This document shows, piece after piece, positions 61,188-64,000 of a stretch of 64,000 nucleotides of DNA (the first letter of the stretch is position 1; each line of letters starts with the position of its first letter). The stretch is from Candidatus Marinacidobacterales bacterium. Its GTDB lineage: Bacteria; Acidobacteriota; Vicinamibacteria; Marinacidobacterales; SMYC01. The stretch lies in the NCBI GenBank assembly GCA_965237955.1, contig OZ250169.1, positions 5,760,001 to 5,824,000 on the forward strand, read 5' to 3'. The position numbers and the translations under genes are program-made. Under the pieces are notes generated by a model. It did not search any database and was not told the DNA's origin. It saw only the letters and a list, made by a program, of their open reading frames with translations.

Positions 61188-63689
61188 GTGGAAAGCATGA
61201 AGGCAGTGCTTTGGCTAGTTTCGGTGTTTCTTTTTGCCCTTTTGGCGAACGCTGAGGAGGAGACGCCCTCGATCGCGGACAAGACCGCAGGGATGGAGCG
61301 TCTCGACGGTTTCTTCGACGTCTATTGGGACGAAACCACCGGGAAGTTGTATTGGGAGATCGACAAGTTCGACGAGGAGTTTCTCTACGCGGTCTCGCTG
61401 AGCTCCGGCCTCGGGAGCAATCCTGTGGGGCTCGATCGCGGCCAACTCGGTGGCGAGCATATCCTCGAGGCGAAGCGCATCGGTCCCCGCGTGCTGCTCA
61501 TGGAGCCGAACTACACTTATCGAGCCATCAGCGACAATCCTGACGAAGTGCAGGCGGTCAAAGACGCCTTTGCTCCGTCGGTCCATTGGGGGTTCGAGGT
61601 TGCCGCGGAGACCGGTGGCAGCGTCCTCGTGGACGCGACCGATTTCTTCCTGCGCGATACCCATGGAGCGGCCCAGCGGATCGAGCGTTCTGGACAGGGA
61701 AGCTTCCAGTTGGATCGTAGTCGCAGCGCGTTCTACATGGCGCGGACGAAGGCGTTCCCGAAGAACACCGAGATCGAGACGTTGCTCACGTTCACGAGTG
61801 GAAAACCGGGGCGGCTGGTGCGCTCGGTGGCCGCGAGCGGTGAAGCCATCACCCTGCGACAGCACCATTCCTTGGTCGAGCTTCCCGACGACAGCTTCGA
61901 GCCGAGAGTCGCCGATCCGCGTATCGGGGTCAACGGACCGACGTTCTACGACTACGCGACGCCCATCGACGAGAGCCTCACGGTACGATGGGTCGCGCGC
62001 CATCGCCTGGAGAAGAAAAACCCGGAGGCCGCTCGCTCCGAGCCGGTCGAGCCCATTGTGTATTACCTGGATCGTAGTGTTCCCGAGCCCATACGCAGTG
62101 CCCTCCTCGATGGAGCTCGGTGGTGGAACGAAGCGTTCGAAGCGGCGGGGTTCCTCGACGCGTTCCGCGTCGAGGTGCTTCCGGCCGGCGCGGACCCCAA
62201 CGACGTTCGTTACAACGTCATCCACTGGACCCACCGCTCGACGCGTGGATGGTCGTACGGCGGGTCGGTCGCCGATCCGAGGACCGGCGAGATTATCAAA
62301 GGCAACGTCAACCTTGGAAGCCTGCGACTTCGTCAGGACTACTTGATGGGCTCGGGGATGGCGCCGCTCTTCGACGGCGGAACCGCGAGCCCCGTGGGAT
62401 TGTCCGGTTGCGGCATGAGCGGGGTGCCGGGCTTTTCCTACCTCGCCCAGGTTGGGAGCGGTGCGAGCCCGCTCGAGATGGCTCTCTCGCGCGTGCGCCA
62501 GCTTTCGGCCCACGAGGTAGGTCACACCCTGGGCTTTCCCCACAACTACATGGCGAGCACCTACGGGGCCCGTGCGAGCGTGATGGACTATCCGGCGCCG
62601 CTGGTGCACATCCGCGACGGTGAGCTCGAGCTCTCCGACGCGTACGGAGTCGGTATCGGCGAGTACGACAAGCTTTCCGTCCGTTGGCTCTATAGCGATT
62701 TTGCCGGCGGCGTCGACGAAGTCCAGGCCCTCGACGCCATCGTCGAGGAAGGGCTCAGGAGCGAAATCCGGTTCATGACCCACACCGACAACTACATCGG
62801 TGCCGGGGCGCATCCTCTCGCGTCGGTGTGGGACAACGGCGCGAACCTCGTCGACATGCTCGACCACGAGCTCGAAGTGCGACGTATCGGCCTCGACAAC
62901 TTCGGCCCCGCAGTCATTCGCATCGGCGAGCCGATGTCACTTCTTGAGTTGGCGCTCGTGCCGCTCTACCTCCATCATCGCTACCAGATGAAGGCGGCGA
63001 TGAACACCGTTGGTGGTGCCGACTACTACTACGCTTTGCGCGGTGACAACCAGACTCCGGTCACGATCGTGGCTGGCCGCGAGCAACGTCGCGCGCTCGC
63101 GACGATCGTGCGGACGCTCGAGGCCGATTTTCTCGCGGTCCCCGAAGATATCCTGGAAATGATTCCGCCGCCCGCGTACCGCTACTCCGAAGGCGAGAGG
63201 TTTCCGCGGCACACCGGCCTTCTCTTCGATCCTCTGACGGCCGCCGACGTGTCGGCCGACTACACCGTGGAGTTGCTGCTGCATCCGGAACGCATGGCGC
63301 GCGTTGTTGACTATCACAGCCGGAGCAGCGACTATCCGGGGCTCGGTGAAGTCGTCGACGCGATGTTGGGCGTGACGTGGAATGCGGCGACGCCGGCCGA
63401 CACCTACTATGCTCAAGTGCAGGAAGTTGCTGAGCGGAGCGTTCTCGACGGTGTCATGGAGCAGGCCTCGAGCGCGGACAATCCGGCGCGTGTACGAGCG
63501 GTGCTCTCCGCCAAGCTCGACGAGCTGGCCGAGCAGTTGGATGCCTCGAGTGCTCGAAGCCCACACGAGAAACTCGCACTCGAGGATATTCGACGCTGGC
63601 AAAGTCGTCCCGAGGGCACGGTGCCAGGATCGAAACCACCCGAGATACCACCGGGAAGCCCAATCGGAGGCAACTCAAGCTCGAACTGA
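61188..63689 (+). CDS. Secreted zinc-dependent metalloprotease (DUF5117/DUF4953 type)
   Basis: HEVGHTLGFPHN zinc motif, SVMDY Met-turn, DPRTGEIIKG; signal peptide. Confidence 0.9.
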   Translation: MESMKAVLWLVSVFLFALLANAEEETPSIADKTAGMERLDGFFDVYWDETTGKLYWEIDKFDEEFLYAVSLSSGLGSNPVGLDRGQLGGEHILEAKRIGPRVLLMEPNYTYRAISDNPDEVQAVKDAFAPSVHWGFEVAAETGGSVLVDATDFFLRDTHGAAQRIERSGQGSFQLDRSRSAFYMARTKAFPKNTEIETLLTFTSGKPGRLVRSVAASGEAITLRQHHSLVELPDDSFEPRVADPRIGVNGPTFYDYATPIDESLTVRWVARHRLEKKNPEAARSEPVEPIVYYLDRSVPEPIRSALLDGARWWNEAFEAAGFLDAFRVEVLPAGADPNDVRYNVIHWTHRSTRGWSYGGSVADPRTGEIIKGNVNLGSLRLRQDYLMGSGMAPLFDGGTASPVGLSGCGMSGVPGFSYLAQVGSGASPLEMALSRVRQLSAHEVGHTLGFPHNYMASTYGARASVMDYPAPLVHIRDGELELSDAYGVGIGEYDKLSVRWLYSDFAGGVDEVQALDAIVEEGLRSEIRFMTHTDNYIGAGAHPLASVWDNGANLVDMLDHELEVRRIGLDNFGPAVIRIGEPMSLLELALVPLYLHHRYQMKAAMNTVGGADYYYALRGDNQTPVTIVAGREQRRALATIVRTLEADFLAVPEDILEMIPPPAYRYSEGERFPRHTGLLFDPLTAADVSADYTVELLLHPERMARVVDYHSRSSDYPGLGEVVDAMLGVTWNAATPADTYYAQVQEVAERSVLDGVMEQASSADNPARVRAVLSAKLDELAEQLDASSARSPHEKLALEDIRRWQSRPEGTVPGSKPPEIPPGSPIGGNSSSN

Positions 63690-63769
63690 CGAAATTGTTC
63701 TCGCTACGAGTGCGGGACCGGGGCAATAGCCAATTGGGGTTTACGTGCCGGATTCCGCACTCGAGCAAC

Positions 63770-63895
63770 AAATTCTCGCTCTCGAAGAACGTCTGCTCAC
63801 CCGGAACTCCGCCGGTCGCGTGAGGAGCTCCCGAAGCTCCTCGCCGACGATTTTCGGACGTTTCGACAGGGAGGCAATCATCACCGTTCTGCAAG
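63770..63895 (+). pseudogene. Degraded DUF4440/SnoaL-like remnant
   Basis: Fragments LSLEERLL, ELRRSREEL, LLADDF and FDREAII in shifting frames. Confidence 0.35.
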
Positions 63896-63905
63896 GAGCA
63901 CTCCG

Positions 63906-64000
63906 ATGAAAACGCTCTATCTGATTCTCGCGCTCGTCGGCGCCGTCGTTCCCTACATATTCTTCATGCAGCACTTTTCGAGCGAAGGGATCGGCCTCGT
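63906..64000 (+). CDS. DUF2834-like membrane protein (partial, runs off the window)
   Basis: AAGGAG RBS; MKTLYLILALVGAVVPYIFF. Confidence 0.6.
   Translation, partial: MKTLYLILALVGAVVPYIFFMQHFSSEGIGL

Noticed and set aside
61215-62867. Long antisense ORFs (also 29047-30582, 2485-3732 and 18912-20237)
   Set aside because: Shadow frames of GC-rich genes with no recognisable motifs

Overview
GC-rich bacterial chromosome segment; the gene repertoire suggests Acidobacteriota/Vicinamibacteria-like, which is inferred and not verified. The intact housekeeping backbone comprises an aroD-aroE-moeB/thiF fusion, amidase, ftsK, uppP, rnj, rsmA, trxA, trxB, purA, tRNA-Lys, tRNA-Glu, ileS, valS and hflKC. 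It is heavily invaded by mobile DNA: a tandemly duplicated IS3 at the left edge, two independent IS256 insertions with 8-bp target duplications, a second IS3, an ISL3 and a 158-bp MITE that splits hisC. An ~11.9-kb integrase-less island lies between tRNA-Glu and a degenerate copy of its 3' end (36183-48140). It carries an SDH-type Clp-fold protease, an ECF sigma cassette, a truncated excisionase operon and a lipoprotein. Intergenic palindromes built from 6-, 7- or 8-nt units occur at gene 3' ends. About a dozen indels or stops hit accessory genes only. The best candidates for new biology are the AroD-AroE-MoeB triple fusion, a pseudo-Fic/diguanylate cyclase/J-domain operon, a GldC-linked IleRS with a KESKS motif and an extra domain, and the island's SDH protease module. 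No CRISPR array or rRNA was seen.
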